Shown piece after piece: positions 24,861-37,447 of a stretch of 64,000 nucleotides of DNA. Source of the DNA: Leucoraja ocellata (lineage: Eukaryota); assembly GCA_036785375.1 (NCBI GenBank), contig JAWMAR010000252.1, positions 2,666,001-2,730,000 on the forward strand. Reading direction: 5' to 3'. Numbering within the stretch: position 1 is the first letter of the stretch; each line of letters begins with the position of its first letter. The notes beneath the pieces were generated by a model. That model had not been told where the DNA came from, did no database searches, and worked only from the letters and a program-made list of their open reading frames with translations. The position numbers were made by a program, and so were the translations under genes.

Positions 24861-26637
24861 GGTGTAACATTTAGTTTAGATGGCATAACTATTAAATCAT
24901 GACAAGGTAAAATTCTCTGTATGTATTCAGCACCTGGCAATAATGTGCAAACCCAGGCTTCTCACCAGCAATATTTGAAATCTTAATTGTTCCATTTCTG
25001 CCACTGACATCTGCAGACGAGATTGAAAATATTGAAGCTGCGTGATCTCATCTATGCAAGGCAGTGGAAGGAATCTATGCAAGGCAGTGGAAGGAATTAC
25101 TCTGTAAAACTAGGTCCATTGTTGTGTATGAATGAAAGAGTGCATGAGTCTTTTAAAAAAAAAAATGGAATTTTAATTAAAAACTATACTATCCATTTTG
25201 CATAAAAATAGGAAATACTGAAAACATTCAGTGTGCCAGTCAGCATTTGTGGAAAATAAAATAACATTAACATACAAGGTTGAGGACCATTCTTGTTTAA
25301 TTTGACCCATTGCTATTCTCTGCCTGAATACCGCCTGAGTGTTTCCAGCATCAGCAGTTTGTTGGAGTGTCAGTCACACATTTTTATTTATGCAATGAAG
25401 CACAAACAATTTCCTTACCCCCTCAATAAGTCCAATTGGTTGAAACATTTCTTCAAACTTAAAATAACAAATTATAGGGAAAAAATCACCTCTCTTCATA
25501 TAACCATTGATTCATGCACTGGAAAATACTGTCTTGGAACGGAAACATGCTCCGTTTTGTCTGCCATTGGCCTGCTTGAGTCCTCAGAGCATGTTTCCCT
25601 TCTGGGAGTGGATGGAAATTCTTGTATTCTGGAAATTGGAAATTCCTGTGATAGGTGATTCTTTAGTTAAGGGTGAAAATAGGAGATTCTGTGACAGTAT
25701 TAGAGACTCCAGGATGATGTGTTGGCTCCCTTGTGCCAGGAACAAACTGCTGGAGGAGTAGTTGAGGCAAGTACTATCACAATGTTTAAAAAAACATTTG
25801 GACAGGTACATGGATAGGATAGGTTTAGAGGGATATTGGCCAAATGCAGGCAGGTGGGACCAGTGTAGATTGGACAAGTTGGTCGTTGTGGGCAAGTAGT
25901 GTTGAAGGGCCTGTTTCCATGCTGTATGTCTCAATGACTCTAACAAATTCAATTCTTGCCAGTAAAGACAACATTGTACTAATGAAGATTAAAAATATAT
26001 AAACCAAAATATCTTTTAACTGGAAAGTTTTTATTGGTTTATATTCACAAATTCATTCTGCCTCAGGTTATTATTGCAGGAAACTTGGAATACTTCTAGC
26101 CTCTAACTCCTCCCGCAACGTCTTTTTTATTTTCTCATCCTTACCGGAATTGATCTCTTTATGTTGTCCTTTTATACAAAGACTAGAGATAACAATCGCA
26201 GCATTTCTGTATCAGATGTTGCCACCTTCAATCTCTGGGTCAATCAAGCTGCTTCATGCGCCGCACTGCATCGTTTAACATTTCCCTTGTATAAATATTT
26301 CCCTGTCACCCATCTGAATTTCCTCATGACGAGAATTTTACATTCTATTTCCACCTCTCTCTTTCCCTTGCCTCCATGGAAGACTGTATGGTTTGCCACA
26401 GAGAGGGTACCTTAACCTGATGGACTTGTCTTTCAGTGGACTGCATGAGGGTGGTCCATAAGGTACGATTCCAGGCAATAACTGGATTGTAAATGTGGCT
26501 TCCAACTCAAATATAGGGAAATCTTAACTTAACACATTTTTAGATGATTCTCGGCATTGAGCAGCACCAATTTGGTGCAGTTGAGATTGTTGAAATTCAA
26601 TTTTGCTTTGATTACTTTGGTATCACTTTTGATGTGA

Positions 26638-26910
<273 letters not shown>

Positions 26911-28554
26911 TAACACAATAATTGGCCTAAATTGTTTTTATGAATGTTATGTGGGTTTTTTTTACACTTGTTCACAGTTATCTGTAAAGTTTTGATTAGA
27001 CTAACAAAACTTAATGTTGATTCAATGTCATTTGTCTGAAAATGAATATGATAATCCATTGGATTGCCTACAGTGCAAATTTAAACAAAGCTTAAAAAAA
27101 TCCCAAAGCTTTTCATACGTATAAAAATAAGAAGATAACTAGGGAGAAGGTAGGACTGTTCAAGGATAAAGGCGGGAATTTGTGCTTGGAGTCTGGGGAT
27201 GTAGGCAAGGTACTAAATGAGTACTTTACTTCAGTTTTCACCAAGGTGTAGGACACGGAGGACGGTGAGGTCAGTGAGGAGAATACTAATATGCAAGGGC
27301 ACTTTGAGATTAAGAAGGAGGTGTTGGCTCCTTGAAGAGTATTAAGGTAGCTAAATCCCCAGGACCTGATGGGATCTATCCCAGATCATTGAGAGAGGCA
27401 AAGGAGGAGATTCCAGAAGACTTGACAATGATCTTTGCATCTTCTCTAGTAACAGGCAATGTCCCAGAGGACTGAATAGTAGCTAATGTTTTTGTGTAGG
27501 AAGGAACTGCAGATGCTGGTTTAAAATGAACACAAAAAGCTGGAATAACTCAGCAGGCCAGGCAGCATCTCTGGAAAAAAGGAATAGGTGGTGGTTTGGG
27601 TTATGTTATTCCTTTGTTTTCGAAGGGATGTAGAGAGAAATAAGAAATTATAGCCTGGTGATCCCTGGTGAGTGTTGGGGAACAAAAGGGTTAATTAGAG
27701 GCAGTTGTGCCTTTGTCTACAGCAGGTTGTGTCACTAACTTGATCAAGGTTTTTGAGGAGGTGATAGAGGTGATTGATGAAGGTACGGCAGTGGATGTTG
27801 GCATTTGATAAAGTCCCCCATGGTAAGTGAAGACAGAGGGCTGTGGAGGGTTGTGGTGAGACGACCATATTCAGGCTGGAGGTCTGTGACCAATGGAGCA
27901 CTTCTCCCAGGATTGAATTACATTTCAAAATCGTCATCGATATAATTGCAAGATTTAAAATTCATGTGATTTTTGTATTGGAGATTTTCGTTTGAACTAT
28001 GAATATTTGCCGCAGTATCTGCTAAAAACAATCACCTTGATGGATAGCATGGATTCGATGGGCTGAAGGACCTTGTTCTGTGTTTTATGACACTGAGTAA
28101 ACTTCACAGTTCAGGATCTGCATGGGAAAAATATTATATTCTCCCATGTGTTAATGAAAATTCTTTGCTGAAATTCAATAGCAAGCAGAGCAGGTGATTT
28201 AAACTCGCAAAGGCCTGTGGTTCACTTCCCATAACTGAACACGATCGAGTTAATTGAGGTTCTGTAGAATTGAAACATCACTTCCTGTGCATCGCCCTCA
28301 GGTTTAAGCTCATCGCATCTACTGCTTCAAACTTGGCACAGTGAAGACTTTATTCTGATTTGACTTTCTCTAAATGAAAACACATGATCTCACCACTTCA
28401 CAAGTTCAACATTATTGACTGTGTCTATCCATCCACACTGTCATTCTTAGTAATTTAGTTTAGTTTAGATATACAGCATAGAAACAGGCCCTTCGGCCCA
28501 CCGATTCTATGCCGACTAGCAATCCTCGCACACTAACACTATCCAAACATATTA

Positions 28555-29397
28555 GAAACATAGAAAATAGGTGCAGGAGTAGGCCATTCGGCCCTTCGAG
28601 CCTGCACTGCCATTCAATATGATCATGGCTAATCATCCAACTCAGTATCCTGTACCTGCCTTCTCTCCATACCCCCTGATCCCTTTAGCCACAAGGGCCA
28701 CATCTAACTTCCTCTTAAATATAGCCAATGAACTGGCCTCAACTACCTTCTGCGGCAGAGAATTCCAGAGATTCACCACTCTCTGTGTGAAAAAAGTTTT
28801 CCTCATCTCGGTCCTAAAAGATTTTCCCCTTATCCTTAAACTGTGACCCCTTGTTCTGGACTTCCCCAACATCGGGAACAATCTTCCTGCATCTAGCCTG
28901 TCCAACCCCTTAAGAATTTTGTAAGTTTCTATAAGATCCCCCCTCAATCTTCGAAATTCTAGCGAGTACAAACCGAGTCTATCCAGTCTTTCTTCATATG
29001 AAAGTCCTGACATCCCCGGAATCAGTCTGGTGAACCTTCTCTGTACTCCCTCTATGGCAAGAATGTCTTTCCTCAGATTAGGAGACCAAAACTGTACACA
29101 ATACTCCAGGTGTGGTCTCACCAAGACCCTGTACAACTGCAGTAGAACCTCCCTGCTCCTATACTCAAATCCTTTTGCTATGAATGCTAAAATACCATTT
29201 GCCTTCTTCACTGCCTGCTGCACCTGCATGCCTACTTTTAATGACTGGTGTACCATGACACCCAGGTCTCGTTGCATCTCCCCCTTTCCTAATCGGCCAC
29301 CATTCAGATAATAATCTACTTTCCTGTTTTTGCCACCCAAGTGGATAACCTCACATTTATCCACATTATACTGCATCTGCCTTGCATTTGCCCACTC
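28555..29397 (-). mobile_element. Young 5'-truncated CR1 LINE nested in a V-SINE
   Basis: Open 244-aa RT C-terminus (LVRPHLEYCVQFWSP, LGLYSLEFRRLRGDLIE, RTRGH, FFTQRVVNLWNSLP); tttctatgtttct tail. A near-identical 3' copy lies at 59312-59700(+). Confidence 0.93.
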
Positions 29398-31293
29398 TTA
29401 GGGACACCTTACAATTTTCCCAAAGCCAATTAACCTACAAATCTGTAAGTCTTTGGAGTGTGGAAGGAAACTGGAGCATCCGGAGAAAACCCACATGATC
29501 ACAGGCAGAATGCACAAACTCTGTACAGACAGCACCCTTAGTCAGGATCGAACCCAGGTCTCTGATGCTGTATGGCAGCAACTCTACCGCTGCGCCACTG
29601 TGCCGCCCCAAATGTTGTAGATTTCTATTCCTTTCCCACACCTTTCTGTGTCTTTGGCACCATGTTCAAACTTAAAGAGGCATAAAGCGAGGAATGTATA
29701 AACAGAAAATATTCCCTATATTTCTCTTCACTGCCTTCTACCTTTTCAGATAATTATCGAATCAAAATGTTTTGCCTTTTTTTAACCTTGTTAAAAAAGT
29801 ACCTGTTTGGAGATATTTATTTTGGGAAGTGAATACTGTTGTATTTGCTTAAAATAGTCATCGACTTTAGATCATCATCCTAGATATTAGATACTAATTC
29901 ATGTTTGACTTGGGATATGCTCATCAAACAAACAAGTCCAAGCATCTTGGAAATTTTCTCACCCAATTGCCAATGTGGGAGGACTGAAAGAAAAGGCCAG
30001 TCTTGAGGTGCTGGAAATGTTTATGAAGATCCCATACTTTAGTACCTACTAAGGTACTATTAGCAGTTTAATTTTCAACACAAGTATTGGGACAGATAAT
30101 TATGTCAAGAATTTTCTATGCATTGTAATTCTTTGCCTCAGTCTTGTTGGTCTATGTCCTGATGGCTACGGTGTGCTTATGTTATAGTCTTGTAGTCGTT
30201 TAACTTGTGAGAGATGATTTTCTTCTCACAAGGCCATGCTGACTGCCCTAATCAGTCCATGCCTATCCAAATGTCAGTAGATTCTGTTCCTAAGAATTCC
30301 CTCCAACAACTTACCCACCACTAAAGGCAGGCTCACCAGCCTGCTGTAGTTCTCTTGCTTGGCCTTACTGCCCTTCTTCAATAATGATGCAACATTAGCC
30401 ACCCTCCAGTTTCCCAGAACTTCACCTGTGGCTAAATATCTCTGCAAAGGCCTCCGTAATTTCCTCCTTGGCTTCCCATGAGGTCTGAGGATGTACTTTG
30501 GGGATTTATCCACCATACTTCTCTTTAAAACTACCATCACCTACTCGCTGGTAATTTGTTGGTGATCAAAGACATCACACCTGTGCCTCAATTCTTTAGC
30601 TTCCTTGATCTTCTCTATTTTCTAAAAAGTAGACAAGTATTTATTTACTATCTCCCCATTTCTTGTGGTTCTTCACAACAATGGCTGTGTAGATCATTAA
30701 GGGGATATATTATTTCCCCAGTGACCCTTTAACTCTTAATATACCTGTAGTATACTGGGAGTTTTGTCGACACAAGGAACTGCAGATGCTGGTTTACAAA
30801 AGAAGAGCCACAAACTGCTGCAGTAACTCAACGGGTCAGGCAGCATCTCTGGAGAAAATTCTGCAGAGATGCTGCCTGACCCATTAATTTATTCCAACAA
30901 TATGTGTCTCTTTGGAGTTTTATTCATCTTGCTTGCCAGCTCCAAGGGTATCGGCCTGAAACGTTGCCTATTTCCTTCGCTCCATAGATGCATAGATGCT
31001 GCTGCAACAAGAGTTTATCCAGTACTTTTGTCTATCTCCACTCCATGTCCACTCTTTGCCTTCCTAATTGCATTCCTAAATGTACTCCAACATGTCTTGT
31101 CAAGCAGGTTTCTCTAACATTGTCAGCCTTGCCCTTCACCCGTAACAGGTAAATGCTGTCCCTGTACTCTTGCTGTCTCACTTGTTAAAGCCTCAGAGTT
31201 GCCAATGGCCTCCTTACGAACAACAACACTCGTCTAATGCCGGCAAAATCAGCTATGTGCCAATTTAGGGCCTTTCTCTCTCTTGCATGGTCT

Positions 31294-31432
31294 CCCCCTC
31301 TCTCTCCTCTCTCTCCTCTCTCCCCTCTCTCCCCTCTCTCTCCCCCTCTCTCCCCCTCTCCCCCCTCTCCCCCCCTCTCCCCCCTCTCCCCCCCTCTCCC
31401 CCCTCTCCCCCCTCTCCCCCCTCTCCCCCCTC
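31294..31432 (+). repeat. (CTCTCCCC)n-type polypyrimidine microsatellite
   Basis: Directly visible pure C/T tract. Confidence 0.95.
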
Positions 31433-31535
31433 AAAATACATGTTTTTCTGAATGTATTGCAACATAAAATTGTAACTAATCAGTAATTCATTACCTGTAA
31501 TGTTTTTTAATTTCCTCACTTATTTTTTTTAACAG

Positions 31536-31663
31536 AATGGAAACCCTCATAACCCATATTGCCAAGGAATTGAAGGGGTCATGGAAGCTTACTACCAGAG
31601 CCTAAAGTCTGTGCAACTATACGGACCAACCAACTTTGCTCCAGTAATTAATCACGTAGCAAG
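31536..31663 (+). CDS. CPNE8: Copine-8 exon ([14 protein letters not shown]...[15 protein letters not shown])
   Basis: aacag acceptor, gtac donor; hallmark LYGPTNFAP. Confidence 0.96.
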
Positions 31664-32509
31664 GTACTTCAGGCATTTATACATAAAGGATAACATGTCA
31701 ACATTACTGGGAGTAAATTGCAAGGTGTGTTCACAAGTGTATTTAATCATGGTTGACTAAATTTCACAATATGTATTGTTAATCTTCCTACTCCCTTGTT
31801 CTTTCATGGGGTGTTTGCGGAATGATGAAATTCATCTTTAATATGTAAGAATGCCACAGGTATTGTAATTTTGATGATGATAGTTTCAGATCGCTCTGAG
31901 ATATCTTCTTCCTTTTGTAATTGTGGCTCTAGAGCTATTAACAAATACTCCAAGTAGCGATCTCCAACAAGTTTATTAGCATATAATAAAGTTACACTAC
32001 AAGTTGTCACCACTGTGACTACATCCCGACTAACCGCTAGTGTCTGGAATCGTTAGTTAATATATGGTGACTGTATGGTAAAACCCGGACTGGGTTATCT
32101 ATCCAAATGGTGTGTATTCAAGATTCAAGAGAATTCATTGTCATGTGCCCCAGATAGGACAATGAAATTCTTGCTTTGCTTCAGCACAACAGAATATTGC
32201 AGGCATAAATAATACAGAACAGATCAGTGTGTCCATATACCATTGAATATATATATATATATACACACATAAATAAGCATATAAAGTGCACTAGGCTAAT
32301 TAAAGTTCAGATTTTGTTTGAGTTGAGTTTAATAGTCTGATGGCTGTGGGGAAGTGGCTATTCCTGAACCTGGTTGTTGCAGATTTCATGCTCCTGTACC
32401 TTTTACCTGAAGGCAGCGGAGAGATGAGTGTGTGACCAGGATGATGTGGGTCCTTGATGATGCTACCAGCCTTTTTGAGGCTGTGTATTTGCTCGAGCAG
32501 ATCCACAGT

Positions 32510-33598
32510 GGCCACCCCTCAGCTGTCATAGATGTATCCCTCACCCACGTCTTCTGTGTCCCATAATTCTCTCACTCGCCTTCCTCCCCAGAAGGGACAA
32601 GAATAGAGTTCCCCGATTCTTCACCTTTCACCCCATCAGCCTCCGCACCCCTGTTCCCATGTATCTCTAAACTTCGATATGTAAATTGTTTTTCCAAGGC
32701 CTATTCTAGGCTTGATCTCACTGATATTCAGCAAAGCGATTGCAGAATCTGCATTTGGTTTTGCTGATATTTCATCCAGGGATCGCAGCTGCCCTTCCGG
32801 GTGATACAGAGGTTTACGTACATTTCCTATAACCTTGTCTACTGCATCTGGCGTTCCCAATGTAGCCACCTGTACATCAGCGAGACCAAGCGTAGACTCA
32901 GCCACTGTTTTGCTGAAAACTTGTGCTTGGTTTGCCAAGGCCTGCTGGATCTCCCAGTTGCAAACCATATTAAATCCTCTTCCCATTCCCATCCTGACCT
33001 TTCTGTCCTGAGCCTCCTCCATTGCCAGTGAGGCCACATGCAAACTGGTGGAGCAGCACCTCATATTCTGCTTTGGAAGCTTACAACCCAATGGTATGAA
33101 CATTGAACTCTCCAATTTTAAGTAATTAATCCACAAACGCCCCCCCCCCCCCCTCCCACACCCCCCTGCCTCCCCTTTCTCCCCCAAGAACTCCCTTTCT
33201 TTCCCCACATTCCCCCCTTCCCCACTCCCTTCCCCTGAACCCTGGCAGACCTTGCACCGGTTTCTCACCTCCCTCTCCACCTGCATCTCTTCCACCATCT
33301 ACATTATTTTTCTTTGCTAGAGTTTCACAATTCCCAACTCTTTTTTATCCTTTTAGACTTGCACTTGTCTTTCATCTCTGTCCTTGGTCCAATAATCTGC
33401 CATGCAAATAAACCTTCACCTGTGTTCATCTATTATCAGCCATGCTCTGTCCTGCCTCTCCCCTCTTCCCGCTTCTTTCCTAACCCCCCCGGTAATCATT
33501 CTGAGGAAGGGTCTCGACCCAAAACATCATCTATCCATGTTCTCCAGAGATGCTGCCTGAAACACTGAGCTACTCCAGCATGTTGTGTCTACCTTTTG
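32510..33598 (+). mobile_element. Penelope-like GIY-YIG fragment plus terminal repeat
   Basis: QRFTYISYNLVYCIW.SQCSHLYISETKRRL; ends in ctgaggaagggtctcgacccaaaac..gatgctgcc repeat. Related pieces at 7115-7470, 36180-36680, 36975-37360. Confidence 0.8.
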
Positions 33599-34125
33599 TC
33601 CTCAGTTATATTATGGATGTTTACTTTCAAGTTATGATTCATTTCCTAAAAATGACATTTCATGTTATTAATTATGTATGATAAGTGTTTAAATTCATGA
33701 GGTGGAAAAAATGGGGTGAGTGCAGAGTATTTTACCCAGTGTAGGGAAATCAACAATAGACCAAATGAGAGGGACACGATTTAATACAATTTTGAGGGGC
33801 AACCTTTTTACTCCAAGCAGGGTGGGTATTTGGAACGAGCTGCCAGAGGAGGATTTAGAGGCAAATACTATAACAGTATATAAAAGACACTTGGACAAGT
33901 ACATGGATATTAAAGGTTTAGAAAGATAAGGGCCAAACTTGGGCAAATGGGACTGGCTTAAATGGAGCATCTTGGTCGGCATGGACGAGTTGGGCTGAAG
34001 TTGTGTTGCTACTTAGAAGGAGCTATGGACTTGGACCCCAAGATCTGTACATCCTGTTGTTAAGCATCTTGCCATTGACTATATACTATCGTGTTACCTT
34101 TGATCTCCCAAAGTGCAACATCTAA

Positions 34126-34673
34126 AGGGGGTGTCCCACTTGGGCGACCTAATTGGAGAGTTTAAAAGAGTTTAGGAGAGCCAAAAAATGACATGTTAAA
34201 GATCTCCTTTGACTATGTAGAAGACCTCCTTTGACCTCCTTCGACTATGTTGAAGACTAGCTTCGACTAATTTCGGGAAAATTGTACACCAAATAGTAGA
34301 AAGTGAAGATGACCTATGACCTCCTTCGATCTCCTTCAACCTCCCTTCGACTATGATGAAGACTATCTAAGACTACCTTTGACTACTCTCGATTACCTAC
34401 GACTAACATGCCGACCTACTCCGACTATACCTATGAGTAAAAAAACTATCGATTTTTTTCCATGACGACCTTTTTTTACTCGCGGGCATTTTTCAACTTG
34501 TTGTAAACTACGCCGCGACCTAGCTGAGGCCTCGAGTACACGGGGACCACTCTCGAGCATGAAGGAGACTTACAAAGACCTCCTACGACCCCATGTCGAC
34601 CATGCAGTGGGTATGAGTTAAGGGGAAACTCACCAGAACTCGCGGATTAGGTCGCCCAAGTGGGACAGCCCCT
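34126..34673. mobile_element. PIF/Harbinger-like MITE
   Basis: TAA TSD (34123-34125 / 34674-34676); TIRs AGGGGGTGTCCCACTTGGGCGACCTAAT / ATTAGGTCGCCCAAGTGGGACAGCCCCT. Confidence 0.85.
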
Positions 34674-35368
34674 TAACATTTCACAAGGGTGGTGGAGAGG
34701 TGGTAGAAGCAGATCCAATTGCAACATTTCAAAGGCATTTGTATAGTTGGGAATAGTGGGATAAGAACCATATGCAGGAGGATGGGATTAGTTTAGATTG
34801 ACATCATATTCAAAGTTTACGTGGGAGGTGGGGTGCTAAAGGGCTAGTTTAATTTCTGGACTCATCTATGAATTTCAACAGCATTCTTTAATTATTTACT
34901 GACATTGATGCGGCATAGCAATTTACGATGGATTTAGCTTTTAACTCAATTTAGATTTTCGGGATTTAATGGGAGTGAAATATTATCATTTCATATCTCT
35001 TAAAGCTGTACAAAACATGTCTGCAGTTTCCATATTTTTGCAGTCTGGTATACACACACAAGAAAAAAACAGGCAACAATAACTACTGCAGTTTGAATTG
35101 AACGCCTTCTGAAGTGAAAGGCAAAGAATATGAAATATCACAAATGTGTTAATGCTACCAACTAAAATCTCACATTCTCAGTATTTGAAAGTGCAAGTAA
35201 TATATCTATTGTTAGCTTATAATATATAATCTCTTGGTTTCAAATTGTTAATATGACATATAGAATATCATTAGAAACATACATTGCATGCATTTAATTT
35301 AAAATGGCATTTTCTTTGCACCAAATAAAATCTTTATTGATAGTTATTTTTTTCTGGTTCTCCATCTA

Positions 35369-36115
35369 ATCAGAATCAGAATCGCACTTTATTCACCAAG
35401 TATGTTTTGCAACATACGAGGAATTTCATTGGCCAGGTCAGTCGTACAATTAAAAGCATCAGATCACTCAAAAACACATATTAACATGAACATCCACCAC
35501 AGTGACTGCTACACATTCCTCACTGTGATGGAAGGCGAAATAAAGTTCAAGTCCCTTCCCTTAGTTCTTCCTCGGTCGTGGGCCTCGAGCCCCCTTTGAC
35601 GGGACGATCTTGACTCCCGTAGCCGGCGGCGTTCGGGTCCTTTGCGTCGAGGCGTTCAGCTCCCGCATCGAGAGGATGTCAGCTCCCCCGCGCTGGACGA
35701 TCCAACCTCGCGTCAGGGCTGGTCGAACCTTCTGCGACGTTGGAGCTCCCGACTCAGCCTCTCCTAACTGCGAGCATGATGGTAAGTCAGCAGGCCGCGG
35801 TGGGAGCGATCTCAGGCCAGGGATCAGCTCTGATGTTAAGTCCGCGCCCCACGGTGGGGCTCACGACAGTCCGAGGAGGCTTCCAGCTCCATCGATGGAA
35901 GGCCGTAGAGCGCCCGGAGAATGGGATCCAAAAATTAATCACATCTCCGGCAAGGTAAGAACCTGAAAAAAAAAGTTTCCCCCGATCCCCTCCCCCCTAC
36001 CCCACATAAAACAAACCGGAGAACATTAAAACAAACTTTTAACACACTAAAATATAACAAAAGAATGTAAAAACTAACAGACTGCCGGCAGGGCAGCCAT
36101 CGCCCCGGCGCCCCT
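35369..36115 (-). mobile_element. Non-coding GC-rich retroposon with Rex1/Babar-like tail
   Basis: Head gatggctgccctgccggcagtctgt; tail catacttggtgaataaa..(gattct)n; head region homologous to 41840-42460(+). Confidence 0.65.
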
Positions 36116-37447
36116 GGTGGAAATCTTGCATTTATCACAATTCTGGGGTTTGGTTGTCTATCCAAAGTTGCAGGGATATATTAAAAGCAAAAAAAAAAAG
36201 AGCTGTTGGAGAAACTCAGTGGGTCAAGCAACATCTGTAGAGATTAATGGGCAATCATTGTCTTGGATTTCAATCCCTCTTTTGGACTGAGAGAATGGAG
36301 AGGAGCTGGCTGGTATAAAGATGTGAGGGGAAGTGCTGGGACAAGAGCTGGCAAGTGATAGGTGGATCCAGGTGAGGAATTGTAGAATTGGTCCTTGTCT
36401 TTGGCGATGGCACGATGTTGATGCAAATGTAGATGATGTTGATGAATCCCACCAGGTGTTCAGAATTTCCAGTGACTGCAATAGTCTGTTGGAAACAGCA
36501 AAGCCTACACCATGTTCCCTGTAGCCATTAGCGCTCTTGCCATGCCATTTAGAAATTACAGTTGATCTTGAGGATGGATCTTATGTTGGGAAGTCTGGTT
36601 CCTTGGATAGTAATTGGAGGAGGTACATGCGTTTCCCTGCCTTACCTGGAAGGGCTTTGTAGATTGCTGGATGGTGGTGAAGAAGGAGGTATAGTTTACA
36701 TACAGCGTAGAAACAGACCATTTGGTCCACCTCATCATGCTGACCAGCGAACCCCACACACTAATATGTTCCTATACACACTATGGACAATTTACAATTA
36801 TACCAAGCCAATACCCGACAAGCCTGTACGTCTTTGGAGTGTGAGAGGAAACTGGAGATCCACGCAGGTCACAGGGAGAATGTACAAACTTCATACAGAC
36901 AACCAGTCGTAGTCAGAATCGAACCCAGGTCTCTGGTGCTGTAAGGCAGCAACTCTACCACTGTGCCACTTGGTGTTACACCTTCTACATTGCAAGGAGA
37001 ATGTGCCTGGGGAAGGAGGGATGAGCAAACCTGGGAATCACGAAGAGAGTAATCGGTGCAGAGATCTGAGGGGACAACATGACTGTTGGTGGGATTACAT
37101 TGTAGCTGGTGGAAACGACGAAGATTGATGTGTTGGCTCCGGAGCCTGGTGGGATGAAAGCTAAGGACGTGGGGAGCTCTGTCCCTTTTCTGCCTGGGGG
37201 ACACAGGGTGAAAGCAGAAGTGCTGGAAATAACGGAGGCCCAGTAGTGGTCCCTATAACCTGTTCACTGTGCATTTTCCTCTGCTGATGCCGCTCAGCCT
37301 ACTGAGTTATGTTAGCAGCTTTGAATTTGATCCAGATTCCAACACCTGCATTCTCTTGTCTCCAGAATAATTTAGAGGTTTTTCTTTGTCATATTTGCAG
37401 TGGGCCTGTTGTACTTAGTTGCATAATTTGGAACCTATTTTGTTCCA

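Noticed and set aside
31237-31519. Pro-rich and Gly/Glu/Arg-rich ORFs
   Set aside because: Translations of a C/T microsatellite.
34190-34440. CRISPR-like or tandem array (cttcgact repeats)
   Set aside because: Degenerate subterminal repeats of a MITE in a vertebrate intron; no repeat-spacer structure.
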